Positions 8,436 to 18,521 of a DNA stretch of 64,000 bases are shown here, in pieces. Numbering within the stretch: the stretch's first letter is position 1; every line of letters starts with the position of its first letter. Location: the NCBI GenBank assembly GCA_016235545.1, contig JACRKB010000073.1:25015-89014 (forward strand), read 5' to 3'. This DNA comes from Verrucomicrobiota bacterium (lineage in GTDB: Bacteria; Verrucomicrobiota; Verrucomicrobiia; Limisphaerales; SXTU01). Made by a program: the position numbers and the translations under genes. The notes under the pieces are model-generated. The model made no database searches, was not told where the DNA came from, and saw only the letters and a program-made list of their open reading frames with translations.

Positions 8436-11082
8436 ATGAATCCTCCGTCCCGTTGCCTCGTCGTGCCTTCTCTGGCCGTCTTGTCCGGCCTGCTTGCCTG
8501 GGCGGTCAATCCGGCCCGCGCCCAAGCGCGCGCGCCGGCCGCGCCCGATCGGAAAGCCGCCCCCCCGAGGAGGTTTACACACTATCGGCCTTCGAGGTGC
8601 GCAGCGCGATGGACTCGGGTTACCGCGTCGAGAACGCCGTCGCCACGACGGGCGTCGCCCAAGCGCTGATCGACACGCCGCTGCCCATCACGGTCGTCAC
8701 CGGAGAGTTTCTCCGCGATGCTGGCCTCGATGGATTCACCGGTTCGCTGCGCTACGTGAGTTCGATCAGCTTCGATCCGCACGCGAGCAATGGCAATTTC
8801 GCGCCTGGTCTCAACCGGGGCAACTCGCAGGCGAACGGCACCACCTTTCGCGGCCAGCCCTACAACGGCACCTTTCGCAACGGCCTGCGTCTCCAGTTCG
8901 GTTTCGCCACGGAGAACGTCGATCGTATCGAGGTGGCGAAGGGCCCGATGGCGGTCTTCGTTGGCGGCGCCACCTTGGGCGCGAGGTGAACGTCGTGACC
9001 AAGCAGCCGAGCTTCGCGCGCGCGCAGGAATTCACCCTTGGCGTCGGTTCGCACCAGTCTTATCGGGGACATCTCGACCTCACCGGGCCGCTCTCGCGCA
9101 CGCTCGCCTACCGGTTGATCGCGGAGTATCGCGATGGCAACACCTGGCGCGATTACTCGCACTCGCGCACGCTGTTCGTGAACCCGCAGTTGCTCTGGCG
9201 GCCGACCGAGAAGTTCTCCACTCGCCTCGATGGCTACTTCCGCGATGCGACCGGCAATCTCGTGTCGCAGAACGTCAGCTCGACCGCCAACTACCAGCGC
9301 GCCTACGACAATCCCAGCCCAGCGCTCCTCAACCTCGGCACGCTCCGCTACGCCGGAGCGCCTCCTTTCACGGTGGCGGAGTATCGCACGCGCATCGGCC
9401 AGGCCTTCGGCACCTGGCGGCAGGACGTGTTCGACACCACCGGCCAGTGGGTTTCGCTCGGCATGGGCGAAGCGCTCGTGGCCGGCAACGGTCCGACTGG
9501 GCGCGCCTACAACTGGTTCGGACCGAACGCCGGCTTCAAGGAGCCAGTCAGCCTGCTCGAGAGCGATTCGACGCTGGCGGTCACCGATTGGCTGCAGTTC
9601 CGCGCGATCGGCCGCTACATGCACACCAACCTCGAGCACAGTTATTACAGCTTCGGCACGCGCCAGTATGCCGACGGCAACAACCCGCTCGATTTCGGCA
9701 GCGGCACGCGCATCCGCCAGACGACGCTCGACGGCAAGTTCGAGGGCGTGGTCAAGGGCCATCTCTGGCGGTTCGACGGCACGCTCCTGGGCGGAATCCA
9801 ATATAACAGCGCGAAGAACCGGATCGAGGATGCCTTCTTCGACTATTCCGGCGCCGTCCCCGTCGCCGCTTCGCCCAACGTCGGCAACAATCCCGCGGCG
9901 ATCCTCACCGGCCAGCAGGTCTATCACTACTTCGACCCGCGCGTGCATCCGTTTCCGGACACGCGCCTGGTCACCCGCTGGCCGAGCGAGGTGCGCGGCG
10001 CCGGCCAGTTGGCTTACAACTATACCAAGGACATCGCCCGCGCCAGCTACGCCGCCGCGAGCCTCGGCGCCTTCAACCACCGCATCACGCTCACCGGCGG
10101 CATCCGGCGCGCGAATGCCTCCACCTTTGCCGACCAGCAGGACCCGCGCCGCGTGGAACTGACCGGCTCGGCGAGTAGCAAGTCCACCCCGACAACTTCG
10201 TCCTACATGTATGGCCTCAGCGTGCGCCTGCGCGCCGGCTTGAGCGCCTATGCCAGCTACAACAGGGGCGAGACCGCCCGCACCGGTTCGCTCGTCAGCC
10301 GCGTCTCATTCGGCATCTCGCCGCCGGACATCGTCACGCCGGCCGAGCAGGCGGCAAATCCCGTGCCCAACGACATCGGCGAAGGCAAGGAAGTCGGCCT
10401 CAAGTTCGACTTGCTCGAACACAATCTTACCGGGAGCGTCGGCTGGTTCACGCTCACGCGCGGCAACATCCTCGTCGCCGACACGGTCAAGAGCGGCACC
10501 GACCCGCGCAACGCCGGCACGGAAGTGGACAGCAATCCCGCCACCGCCAACCCCGGCGTCCGCCAGCGGGTCGCGTGGTTGACGCCGATCGACGGCAACA
10601 TCACCGCGGGCTACGAGGCCGATCTCGTCTGGACTCCCGCGCGCAGCTACAGCCTCGTTTTTGGCGCGACCCACCTCACGAAGAATGCCACCACCGTTTC
10701 GAAACCGCTCGGCGCCGATCCGACCACGAATCGCGACTACCTCGTGCTGAACGGACGCCCGCTCGACTTCGCTTCCAACGACATGATCCGCATCTACCAG
10801 CGCTACGCCTTCCTCGATGGCGCGCTCAAGGGCGCCTCGGCCGGCCTCGGCGTGCGCTACCAAAGCTCGTTTTGGCCGCAGGCCTCCAATTCCGCCTGGG
10901 GCGTGGTCTTCCCCGCCTTCACCGTCGTCGATCTCACTTTCGGCTACGACACGAAGGTCCACGGGCACAAGGTCTCCTTCACCCTCAGCGTCAACAACGT
11001 CCTCGACAAAGTCTATATCGAGGGTAATCGCGACTACGGTCCGCCGCGCGAGTTCTTCCTCTCCACCCGTGTGCCGTTCTGA
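8436..11082 (+). pseudogene. TonB-dependent receptor interrupted by two -1 frameshifts (pseudogene, phase-variable, or sequencing error)
   Basis: The signal peptide MNPPSRCLVVPSLAVLSGLLAWAVNPARAQA is in frame 0. The plug domain (EEVYTLSAFEVRS...DRIEVAKGPMAVFVGGATLG) is in frame 2 after a C7 run at 8560-8566. The barrel (EVNVVTKQP ... C-terminal FFLSTRVPF) is in frame 1 after ~8979-8984, where an in-frame TGA appears at 8987-8989. All three segments are collinear with the intact TBDR paralogs in this window. Confidence 0.8.
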
Positions 11083-11203
11083 ACGCGTGATCGATTCATC
11101 CGGCGCGGCGGGGAACCGCGGGCATCCCGGTCCTCAAGCCTTGCCGCCTGACGATTTCCTCCCGGCTTTCCCCGCCGCGCCGGCGCGCGACCGCGCTTTC
11201 CGC

Positions 11204-12022
11204 GTGCGCTGCCCTGCCGAGTGGCGGCTGCTCGGATTCGCGCTGCTTGCGGCGCTCCCCGCTCAGGCGGCGGTAGAAGCCCGTCACGTGCTCTATTTTG
11301 GCGACTCCATCACAGCCGGCAGCGAATTGCCCGCCGACCGCCGACTCATCGATCGTTGGCCCGCGCAGGTGATGGCGCTCTCGCAAGGACGCTTGGTCGA
11401 ATGGAACGAGGGCCTCGGCGGTCGCCCGACCGATGCCGAGGCGGACTTCGCCGCCGCGCTCGCACGTCATCCCGCTCCCGATGCGCTCGTGCTGGCGCTC
11501 GGCACGAACGACTCGCGCGATCTCTCGGCTGATATGGCGCCGAAAGCAGTCGCGCATCTCCGGCGGATGATCGCCGCCGCGCGGGCCGCGCATCCCGCGA
11601 TTAAAATTCTGCTGGCCGGCCCGCCGAACATCGCGCTCGAGCACCTGGGCCCCACCAAGCCGATCGGCCCGCAGCGCGCCGCGAATCTGCGCGCGCTGAA
11701 CGCAGCTTTCGCCCGGCTGGCCCGCGAATCTCACTGCCGCTTCGTCTCGTTCTACGGCGTCGTGCCGCCCGCCAGCTTGGCGAAGGATGGCGTGCATCCC
11801 GACGCCGCCGGCAATCGCGCTCTCGCCGCCGTCGCCCTCCAGGCGATCGAGGCGCTGTTCGCACCGCCCGTCCGGGCTCAGGTCGCAGTCGCGCACGCGG
11901 ACCGCCTCGGCGATCTCCGGGCCCATCGGGCCCTCCCGCGCCTCCACGAGCCGGGTAATCCGCCCGGCTTTGGGGCGGCGACTCCCTTCGGCCCGCGGGG
12001 AGCACCGCCGGTTCCAGCATGA
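11204..12022 (+). CDS. SGNH/GDSL-family hydrolase (esterase), probably secreted
   Basis: Block I is YFGDSITAG (Ser nucleophile), followed by GLGG, GTND and a C-terminal DGVHPD (Asp/His). The putative signal is RCPAEWRLLGFALLAALPAQA. There is no in-frame ATG downstream of the TBDR stop, so GTG 11204 is proposed and the start is uncertain. The stop overlaps the next ATG (ATGA at 12019-12022). Confidence 0.75.
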   Translation: MRCPAEWRLLGFALLAALPAQAAVEARHVLYFGDSITAGSELPADRRLIDRWPAQVMALSQGRLVEWNEGLGGRPTDAEADFAAALARHPAPDALVLALGTNDSRDLSADMAPKAVAHLRRMIAAARAAHPAIKILLAGPPNIALEHLGPTKPIGPQRAANLRALNAAFARLARESHCRFVSFYGVVPPASLAKDGVHPDAAGNRALAAVALQAIEALFAPPVRAQVAVAHADRLGDLRAHRALPRLHEPGNPPGFGAATPFGPRGAPPVPA

Positions 12023-13416
12023 AAGGAATTCCATACCTGCGCTGGTGGATCGCCGTGCTGCTCTTCGGGGCGGCCGTGCTGAACTACGTCGATCGACAGA
12101 CGCTTTCCGCGCTGGCGCCCACGATCCAGCGCGACCTCGCGATGGACGACCGCGCATATGCGGACATCGTGAACCTTTTTCTCGTCGCCTACACGATCGC
12201 CTACCTCGTGGCGGGATCGCTGACCGATGCGCTCGGGACGCGCGCCGGTATGATGGTCTTTGTCGCCTGGTGGTCGATCGCGAACGCGCTCACGGCCGCT
12301 GCGAGCGGCGTGCGGTCGCTCGGGGTGTTTCGTTTCGCGCTCGGACTCGGCGAGGCCGGCGTCTGGCCCGCCGCCTCGAAGGCCGTGGGCGAATGGTTTC
12401 CGGCGCGCGAGCGGGCGCTCGCGATCGGCTGCTACACGATGGGGGCGACGATGGGGGCGACGCTCGCGCCTTATCTCGTGATTCCGCTCACCTCCCATGC
12501 GTTGGGCGAAACCTGGCCGATGCTCGCGCGGCTGCTTGGCTCGGGCGCGGGCTGGAGGCTGGCGTTCGTTCTAACGGGCGCGGCGGGTTTGCTGTGGTTG
12601 ATTCCGTGGGCCGCGATTTACCGCCGGCCGGGCGAATGCCGCCTGATCGGCGAAGAGGAATTGCGCTTGATCACCGCCCCGGACGAAGGCCCGGTCGGCG
12701 ACCCGGCGCGCGCGTGGAGCTGGCGCGAGATTTTGACCAGCCGCGTAGTCTGGCTGCTGTTGTTCGCGCGGTTGCTCACCGATCCGGCGTGGTATTTTTT
12801 CCAATTCTGGTTTGCCAAATACCTGCACAGCGAGCGCGGGCTCGACCAGCGGCAACTTACGGTCACGTGGGTCATCTATGCCGCCGCAGGCGTCGGGAGT
12901 CTGCTGGGCGGCTGGCTGTCAGGCTGGCGAATCCGTCGCGGGGCGGAGGCGGCCAGCGGCCGGCTGCAAGTGATGGCCGGTTGCGCCGTCCTCATGCTGC
13001 TTTCACCGCTCGTCGCCTCGGCCGGCTCGGTGTGGGCGGCGCTGGGGTTCGCGGGGCTGATCGTCGCCGCGGCGTTGGCCTGGCTCATCAATCTCTCGGC
13101 GCTGATCGTCGATCGCGTGCCCGCGGCCGCGCTCGGCACGGTCTTTGGCGTCGTGGCGGCGGGCAGCACGCTGGGCGGGTTGCTCATGAATACGCTCGTG
13201 TCCGCGATGGTGGCGTCGGCGCCGGCCGTGCCGGCAGGGTTTCTCGACCGCGCGATCCAAGCCGGCTTGGGCCCGCTGCTTTCGCTCGTGCAGGGGCGGG
13301 GCTATGGCTGCTGGTTCTGGGTCATGGCCTGTCTGCATGCGCTGACATGGCTGCTGCTGCGGTTTGGCGGCGTGGGCCGGCGCGCGCCGCAGTCCGTTCC
13401 TTTTCCCAGCTCATGA
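12019..13416 (+). CDS. MFS transporter (ACS/hexuronate-transporter-like)
   Basis: 465 aa with ~12 predicted TM helices. The N-terminus WWIAVLLFGAAVLNYVDRQTLSALAPTIQRDL resembles ExuT/ACS-family MFS proteins. Translationally coupled on both sides through ATGA overlaps. Confidence 0.9.
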   Translation: MKGIPYLRWWIAVLLFGAAVLNYVDRQTLSALAPTIQRDLAMDDRAYADIVNLFLVAYTIAYLVAGSLTDALGTRAGMMVFVAWWSIANALTAAASGVRSLGVFRFALGLGEAGVWPAASKAVGEWFPARERALAIGCYTMGATMGATLAPYLVIPLTSHALGETWPMLARLLGSGAGWRLAFVLTGAAGLLWLIPWAAIYRRPGECRLIGEEELRLITAPDEGPVGDPARAWSWREILTSRVVWLLLFARLLTDPAWYFFQFWFAKYLHSERGLDQRQLTVTWVIYAAAGVGSLLGGWLSGWRIRRGAEAASGRLQVMAGCAVLMLLSPLVASAGSVWAALGFAGLIVAAALAWLINLSALIVDRVPAAALGTVFGVVAAGSTLGGLLMNTLVSAMVASAPAVPAGFLDRAIQAGLGPLLSLVQGRGYGCWFWVMACLHALTWLLLRFGGVGRRAPQSVPFPSS

Positions 13417-15707
13417 TTCTCGCTCCTCCCGTTGCACATCGTTCTCTGCGCCTCGAGCGCTTAGCTGCCGACCTCGTCGTGGCGGGCGGGGGGCTCGCGG
13501 GCACCTGCTGCGCGCTGGCCGCCGCGCGCGCCGGACTGCGCGTGATCCTCGTGCATGACCGTCCGGTGCTCGGCGGCAATTCCTCCAGCGAGGTGCGGCT
13601 GTGGGTGCTCGGCGCCACCTCGCACATGGGCAACAACAACCGCTGGGCGCGCGAAGGGGGCGTCGTCGATGAGCTGCTCTTGGAAAACCAGTTTCGCAAT
13701 CCCGAGGGCAATCCGCTCATCTGGGACACGATCCTGCTGGAAAAGGTGCGCGCCGAGACGCGACTCACCCTGCTGCTCAACACCGCGGTGCACGAAGTGG
13801 ACAAGGCGGACGCCGACACCATTCGCGCCGTGCGCGCATTCTGCTCCCAGAACTCGACCGCCTACGAGTTGGGGGCGCCGCTCTTCGTCGATGCGACGGG
13901 CGACGGCCTGGTGGGATTTCTTGCCGGGGCGGCGTTTCGCCTCGGCGCGGAGTCGCGCGCGGAGTTCGGGGAGCCCTACGCGCCCGCGATGCCGACGCGC
14001 GATCTGCTTGGACATTCGATATACTTCTATTCGAAGGATGCCGGCCGGCCCGTGCGCTTCGTGCCGCCGAGCTTCGCCTTGCGTGACATCGCCCAGGTGC
14101 CGCGCTATCGCGACTTCAACGCCGCCGAACACGGCTGCCGCCTGTGGTGGATCGAATACGGCGGCGTGCGCGACACCGTGCACGACACCGAGGAGATCAA
14201 GTGGGAGCTCTGGAAAGTGGTTTACGGCGTGTGGGACTACATCAAGAATTCCGGCCGCTTTCCCGAGGCGGAGAACCTCACGCTCGAGTGGGTTGGCACC
14301 ATCCCCGGCAAACGCGAGAGCCGCCGTTTCGAAGGCGACTACCTGCTCGTGCAACAGGATATCATCGAGCAACGCCGCCATCCGGATGCGGTTTCGGCGG
14401 GCGGCTGGGCCATCGATTTGCATCCGCCGGAGGGAGTCTTTAGCCCGCAGCCCGGCTGCCAGCAGTGGCATGCGAAGGGCATTTACCAGATTCCGTATCG
14501 CTGCCTTTACAGCCGCAATATCACGAACCTGTTTCTGGCCGGACGCCTCATCAGCGCTTCCCACATTGCGTTCGGCTCCACGCGGGTCATGGCCACCTGC
14601 GCGCACAGCGCGCAGGCGGTCGGAGTGGCGGCGGCGATCTGCCGTCGCGATGGGGTGCGCCCGCGCGACGTGCTCGCCTCCGCCCGCATGGCCGATCTCC
14701 AGCAGCGCCTGCTTCGCGTCGGGCAATTCATCCCGAACGTGCCGTTGCGTGCCCCGACCGATCTCGCTCTCCAAGCTCGCATCCACGCCTCCAGCGTCCT
14801 GCGCCTGGATGCCTTGCCCGCCGGCTCCGAACGGCTTCGGCTGACCGAATCCTGGGCCAGCCTGCTGCCGGTGCCGCCCGGGCCGGCTCCGGTGGTCGAA
14901 TACAAGGTTGATGTCGCCCGCGACACCGAGCTGATCGCCGAGCTGCGCGTCAGCGGCAAGGCATGCAATCACACCCCGGACCGCACGCTCGCCACACTGC
15001 GCCTCCCGCTCAAGGCCGGCAGGGCGCAAACTATCCCATTGCGCTTCGCCGCCGGTTTCGAGCAGGCCTGCTACGCCTTTTATTGCCCCGCAGCCAATGA
15101 CGCAGTGGCGGTGCACTTGAGCGACCGCCGCCTGACGGGAGTGTTGGCGGTGACGCAAAAGTTCAACGCCGCGGTCTCCAGATTTCCGCGGCAGGAGCCT
15201 CCGCCCGGCAGCGGGATCGAAGCGTTTGAGTTTTGGCTGCCGCAACGTCGCCCTCTCGGCAAAAACCTTGCCTGCCGCATCACACCACCGCTCGCGGCAT
15301 TCGAGCCGTCCAACCTGACCAACGGTTTCGCCCGGCCGACGAATCAACCGAACGCGTGGGTCTCGGCCTTCGACGACCCGGCGCCCACGCTCACCCTTGA
15401 GTGGCCGACCCCGGTTCTGCTCGAGCGCATCGAACTGGGGTTCGACACCGATTTCGATCACCCGCTTGAAACCGTGCTCTTGCTTAACCCCGAGACGGTC
15501 TCGCCTTTTTGCGTGCCAGGCGTGCAGGCCTACAATGAAAACGGCCAGCTGTTGGGGGAGATTCGCGACAATCATCAGAGCGTCGCGGCCATCCAGCTGG
15601 TGACAGCAGCCGAAATCACGCGGCTCACCTTGCGCCTGACCCCGCCGGCCGGCGGGGCTCCGGTCGCGCTCCTGCGGCTTTCGTGTTTCGGGCCGGAGGC
15701 GGCGTGA
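13413..15707 (+). CDS. FAD-dependent oxidoreductase (large, ~764 aa) with a C-terminal beta-sandwich-like extension
   Basis: Rossmann dinucleotide motif DLVVAGGGLAGTCCALAAARAG..VILVHDRPVLGGN at the N-terminus, starting at ATG 13413 and overlapping the MFS stop. The track ORF 11787-15707 is an upstream read-through. The C-terminal ~150 aa (NLTNGFARP..NAWVS...PTLTLEWPTPVLLERIELGFDTDFD) resembles a galactose-binding/discoidin-like domain. Confidence 0.85.
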   Translation: MILAPPVAHRSLRLERLAADLVVAGGGLAGTCCALAAARAGLRVILVHDRPVLGGNSSSEVRLWVLGATSHMGNNNRWAREGGVVDELLLENQFRNPEGNPLIWDTILLEKVRAETRLTLLLNTAVHEVDKADADTIRAVRAFCSQNSTAYELGAPLFVDATGDGLVGFLAGAAFRLGAESRAEFGEPYAPAMPTRDLLGHSIYFYSKDAGRPVRFVPPSFALRDIAQVPRYRDFNAAEHGCRLWWIEYGGVRDTVHDTEEIKWELWKVVYGVWDYIKNSGRFPEAENLTLEWVGTIPGKRESRRFEGDYLLVQQDIIEQRRHPDAVSAGGWAIDLHPPEGVFSPQPGCQQWHAKGIYQIPYRCLYSRNITNLFLAGRLISASHIAFGSTRVMATCAHSAQAVGVAAAICRRDGVRPRDVLASARMADLQQRLLRVGQFIPNVPLRAPTDLALQARIHASSVLRLDALPAGSERLRLTESWASLLPVPPGPAPVVEYKVDVARDTELIAELRVSGKACNHTPDRTLATLRLPLKAGRAQTIPLRFAAGFEQACYAFYCPAANDAVAVHLSDRRLTGVLAVTQKFNAAVSRFPRQEPPPGSGIEAFEFWLPQRRPLGKNLACRITPPLAAFEPSNLTNGFARPTNQPNAWVSAFDDPAPTLTLEWPTPVLLERIELGFDTDFDHPLETVLLLNPETVSPFCVPGVQAYNENGQLLGEIRDNHQSVAAIQLVTAAEITRLTLRLTPPAGGAPVALLRLSCFGPEAA

Positions 15708-16136
15708 GGAGGTGCCTCCGGCCGGTTGGCCAGCCCCGCTGCCTCAGCCGGAACGCAGAGGGGGGGCAACGCCACTGAGTTTCTCGGTTCGCATGGGATC
15801 CTCCATGCCGAGACAGGCCACCAGTCGAACAATGCCGGCGGGCAGCGGCCGGCCATTGACCAGCGTCGTGACGATCACGCGGCAGGCGCATTTCAACTTG
15901 GATTCCGCTGTTGCGCGTCAATTTTAGCATAGAGACGGTGTTTTCCCGTGGGTAGCGGCGTGTCGGTTTTCAACGACGGCACAGTGGTGCGGATCAACTC
16001 ATGGAGCCGGAGGTATCCGTGCCATTCGTGCTAATCCGTGGTTCCAACTGTTAGGTTCATTTGGCCGATGGAGGAAAGGCCGGAGCCGAAACGGGACCGG
16101 TCAAGTTCCGCGGATCTGTCTTGGCAGCGATGGCCG

Positions 16137-16164
16137 AAAAAAGGGAGCCGGCGGACCGGCTCCC
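16137..16164 (-). terminator. Rho-independent terminator of the TBDR gene
   Basis: On the minus strand the sequence reads GGGAGCCGG-TCCG-CCGGCTCCC followed by TTTTTT. It starts 28 nt after the stop codon at 16192-16194. Confidence 0.75.
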
Positions 16165-16191
16165 CTGTGGTTATTGCCTATTACCCAAGAA

Positions 16192-18354
16192 TCAGAATCG
16201 CAGGCCGACGGAAGCCTTCACCCGCCGCGGCCAGCCGCGGGTGATCTGCTTCTCGACGTAGTCCTCGTCGAAGAGATTTTCGACGTTCACCTTGAAGACG
16301 AGCTTCTGGCCGCCGGAGAGCTTGCGCTCGGCGCCGAGCGCCAGATCCACGCGGGTGTAGCTCGGGGCGATCAACTGGAACCGCGCGGCGTCGTGGTCGG
16401 CCACCATGTCGCCGACGTAGATCACGCCGACGCCCGCCCAGAGATTCTTGAATCCGCCCATGTCGGGCAGCGTCTGCTTGGCCCAGATCTTGAACTGGTG
16501 AGTGGGCGCATCGCCGAGGCGCGTGCCGGCGGCCGCAAGGAAGCGAACGTCCGGGATGACATTTTCGGTATCCAAATAGGCGTAGGAGGCGATGACCTCA
16601 GTTTGCGCGGTGAGCTTGGCGTAAAGGTCGAGTTCCACGCCAGTGGCGGTCTGCTTGCCGGCGATACTGGGAACGTTGCGGGCGAGGATCGGGTCGAAGG
16701 CCTGCACCTCGATGCTTTCGCGGGTAGTGTCGAACCAGGCGAGCGTGCCGCTGAGACGCTCGGAGCCGAACTTGAAGCCCGCTTCCCAGGATTTACCCTC
16801 TTCAGGCTGACCGGGAAAGTTGCCGTTGGGGCTGAAGGACTCGCCATACATCGCGTAGGCGGTGAGGTCTTTCCGGATGCGGAACGAGGCACCGATCTGG
16901 GGGCTGGTGTTCCAGGAATTGGAGCCGCTGACGGTGGGCACGGCCGGCTGCAGATTGGTGACCTTGGGCTCGGCGTGGGAACGGCCGACACCGCCCAGCA
17001 ACGTGAGCCGCTCCTGCAGCGTCGTGAGCTGGAGCATCGCGTAGTAGCGCTCGGTCTTGCCCTCGTTGAGCTGGTATTGCGTGCGGCTATAGGCGGAGGA
17101 CGGGAATGGGGGAATATCGTAGGTGCGGGCAGACCGGTCCAACACGGCGAAGGGGCTGCCTGGCGCATTCCACTGGATGGCGCGGGAGTCAGTCTCGCCA
17201 TAAATCTGGCCGATTACCGCCGTGAGCTTGCCGATGGGCAGCTTGAACTGGCCGGTCAGGTCGGTCTGGATGTTCGTGGCCGAGTTTTTGTTATCGTTGT
17301 AAACGGGAGTGGCCGTAACCGCAGTTCCCGCGGCGTTCAGGCCGGCGCCGACGCGGCGGAGGGCATCGTAGTAGGTTTCCGAGTAGGCGGAGCCGTTGCG
17401 GAGCGTCCAGTTTTCAGAGATGTTCCAGATCAGCTCGGTGTAGGTGTTGTATTCGCGGAAGTTGGCGTAGGTGTTCGGACCAGCAGTGTTGTATTCGCGG
17501 TCCGGCATGAGGAAGAAGGCGGGGGTCGCGCCGGGGCCGAGCGGTAGCAGGATGAACGCTTCGGCGTCCTCTTTCTGCCGCAGGTAGCGCTGCTCCACCC
17601 GGAAGCTGAGGCGGCGGCTGCGCCACTCGAGCTGGCCGTTCAGAAGCGTGCGTGAGGTGTGCTCGTAATCGCGGAAACCGCCGCTGTCCTGATAGGCGCC
17701 AATCACGCGGTAGAGCAACTGGCCATCGCCGAGTTTGGCGAGCGGGCCGGTGAAGTCGGCGACGGTGCGGTAGAACTCGTAATCGCCCACCTCGAAGTCG
17801 AGGGAACGCTTGGCCACCGCGAGCGGTTTCTTCGTGACGACGTTGATGCGTCCGCCGGGCTGGCCGTTGCCGTAGAGCAGGCCGGTCGGCCCCTTCAGCA
17901 CCTCGATGCGGTCGTATTCGGCGTTGTCGCCGCGAGCCTGGAGGGCACCCGGGACGTTGAAATAGTTGCGCAGCGGCGCGCCGGCGTTGAAGCCGCGGAT
18001 CGCGAACTCCTCATAGATGTTGGAGGACGAGCGCACGCTGCTGACGTAACGGAGCGCCTCCTGGATGTTGCCCGCGCCGGTGTCGCGGATGAGTTGGTCG
18101 GTCACCACTTGGGCCGAGAAGGGTGCGTCGATCAGCGGGATGTTGACGCGCGTGCCGACCATGGAGTTGGCGACGACATAGGTATCCTCGCCGGACTGGA
18201 CGGTGAAGGGATCCAGCACGTAAACTTCCTCTTTCGCAGGACGTGAGGCCGGCGGTGTCTGGGCGACGGCGGAGATCGAACAGGCGAGCGCGCCGAGCGC
18301 ACTCAGCAGGAAGCGCCGCGCGAACGGCGCGGCGGGAACAGCATGGGGTTTCAT
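16192..18354 (-). CDS. TonB-dependent outer-membrane receptor
   Basis: Signal peptide MKPHAVPAAPFARRFLLSALGALACSISAVAQ (ATG 18354). Plug motifs are present (LDPFTVQ..., IRGFNA, DRIEVLKGPTGLLYG, GGRINVVTKKP). A long beta-barrel ends in ...KASVGLRF (terminal Phe). Confidence 0.9.
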   Translation of the reverse strand: MKPHAVPAAPFARRFLLSALGALACSISAVAQTPPASRPAKEEVYVLDPFTVQSGEDTYVVANSMVGTRVNIPLIDAPFSAQVVTDQLIRDTGAGNIQEALRYVSSVRSSSNIYEEFAIRGFNAGAPLRNYFNVPGALQARGDNAEYDRIEVLKGPTGLLYGNGQPGGRINVVTKKPLAVAKRSLDFEVGDYEFYRTVADFTGPLAKLGDGQLLYRVIGAYQDSGGFRDYEHTSRTLLNGQLEWRSRRLSFRVEQRYLRQKEDAEAFILLPLGPGATPAFFLMPDREYNTAGPNTYANFREYNTYTELIWNISENWTLRNGSAYSETYYDALRRVGAGLNAAGTAVTATPVYNDNKNSATNIQTDLTGQFKLPIGKLTAVIGQIYGETDSRAIQWNAPGSPFAVLDRSARTYDIPPFPSSAYSRTQYQLNEGKTERYYAMLQLTTLQERLTLLGGVGRSHAEPKVTNLQPAVPTVSGSNSWNTSPQIGASFRIRKDLTAYAMYGESFSPNGNFPGQPEEGKSWEAGFKFGSERLSGTLAWFDTTRESIEVQAFDPILARNVPSIAGKQTATGVELDLYAKLTAQTEVIASYAYLDTENVIPDVRFLAAAGTRLGDAPTHQFKIWAKQTLPDMGGFKNLWAGVGVIYVGDMVADHDAARFQLIAPSYTRVDLALGAERKLSGGQKLVFKVNVENLFDEDYVEKQITRGWPRRVKASVGLRF

Positions 18355-18441
18355 GGCGAGGGTCGGGGTTGCGGGCCGTAGCCCGGGGGGGATGACGGGC
18401 GGAGCGAAAGCGCTGGCGCGAGCGGTCGCAAGTCGCCGCCG

Positions 18442-18457
18442 CTCGAACACGTTCGAG
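18442..18457. promoter_or_regulatory. Candidate LacI operator CTCGAA-CACG-TTCGAG
   Basis: 16-bp inverted repeat with 6-nt perfect arms, located in the divergent TBDR/sulfatase intergenic region. It is the exact reverse complement of the site at 21119-21134. Confidence 0.55.
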
Positions 18458-18521
18458 CCCGCGGGATTTGACTGGAGGCTCCGGGTTGCGATGCTTCCGG
18501 CCTCTTCGCTCCCGCCCCCTC

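Noticed and set aside
11787-13412. N-terminal 540-aa extension of track ORF 11787-15707 (would make a 1306-aa protein)
   Set aside because: The extension overlaps the SGNH and MFS genes in another frame and is Arg/Pro-rich nonsense. The Rossmann motif begins right after ATG 13413, which also forms an ATGA overlap with the MFS stop.
18468-18521. ATG 18468 as the sulfatase start (adds MTGGSGLRCFRPLRSRPL)
   Set aside because: Not excluded, but it is less likely. It would place the start 11 nt from the putative operator and add a basic, non-conserved-looking leader. GTG 18522 gives the MKAIVVVFDS-type N-terminus directly at the first beta-strand. Neither choice creates a signal peptide.
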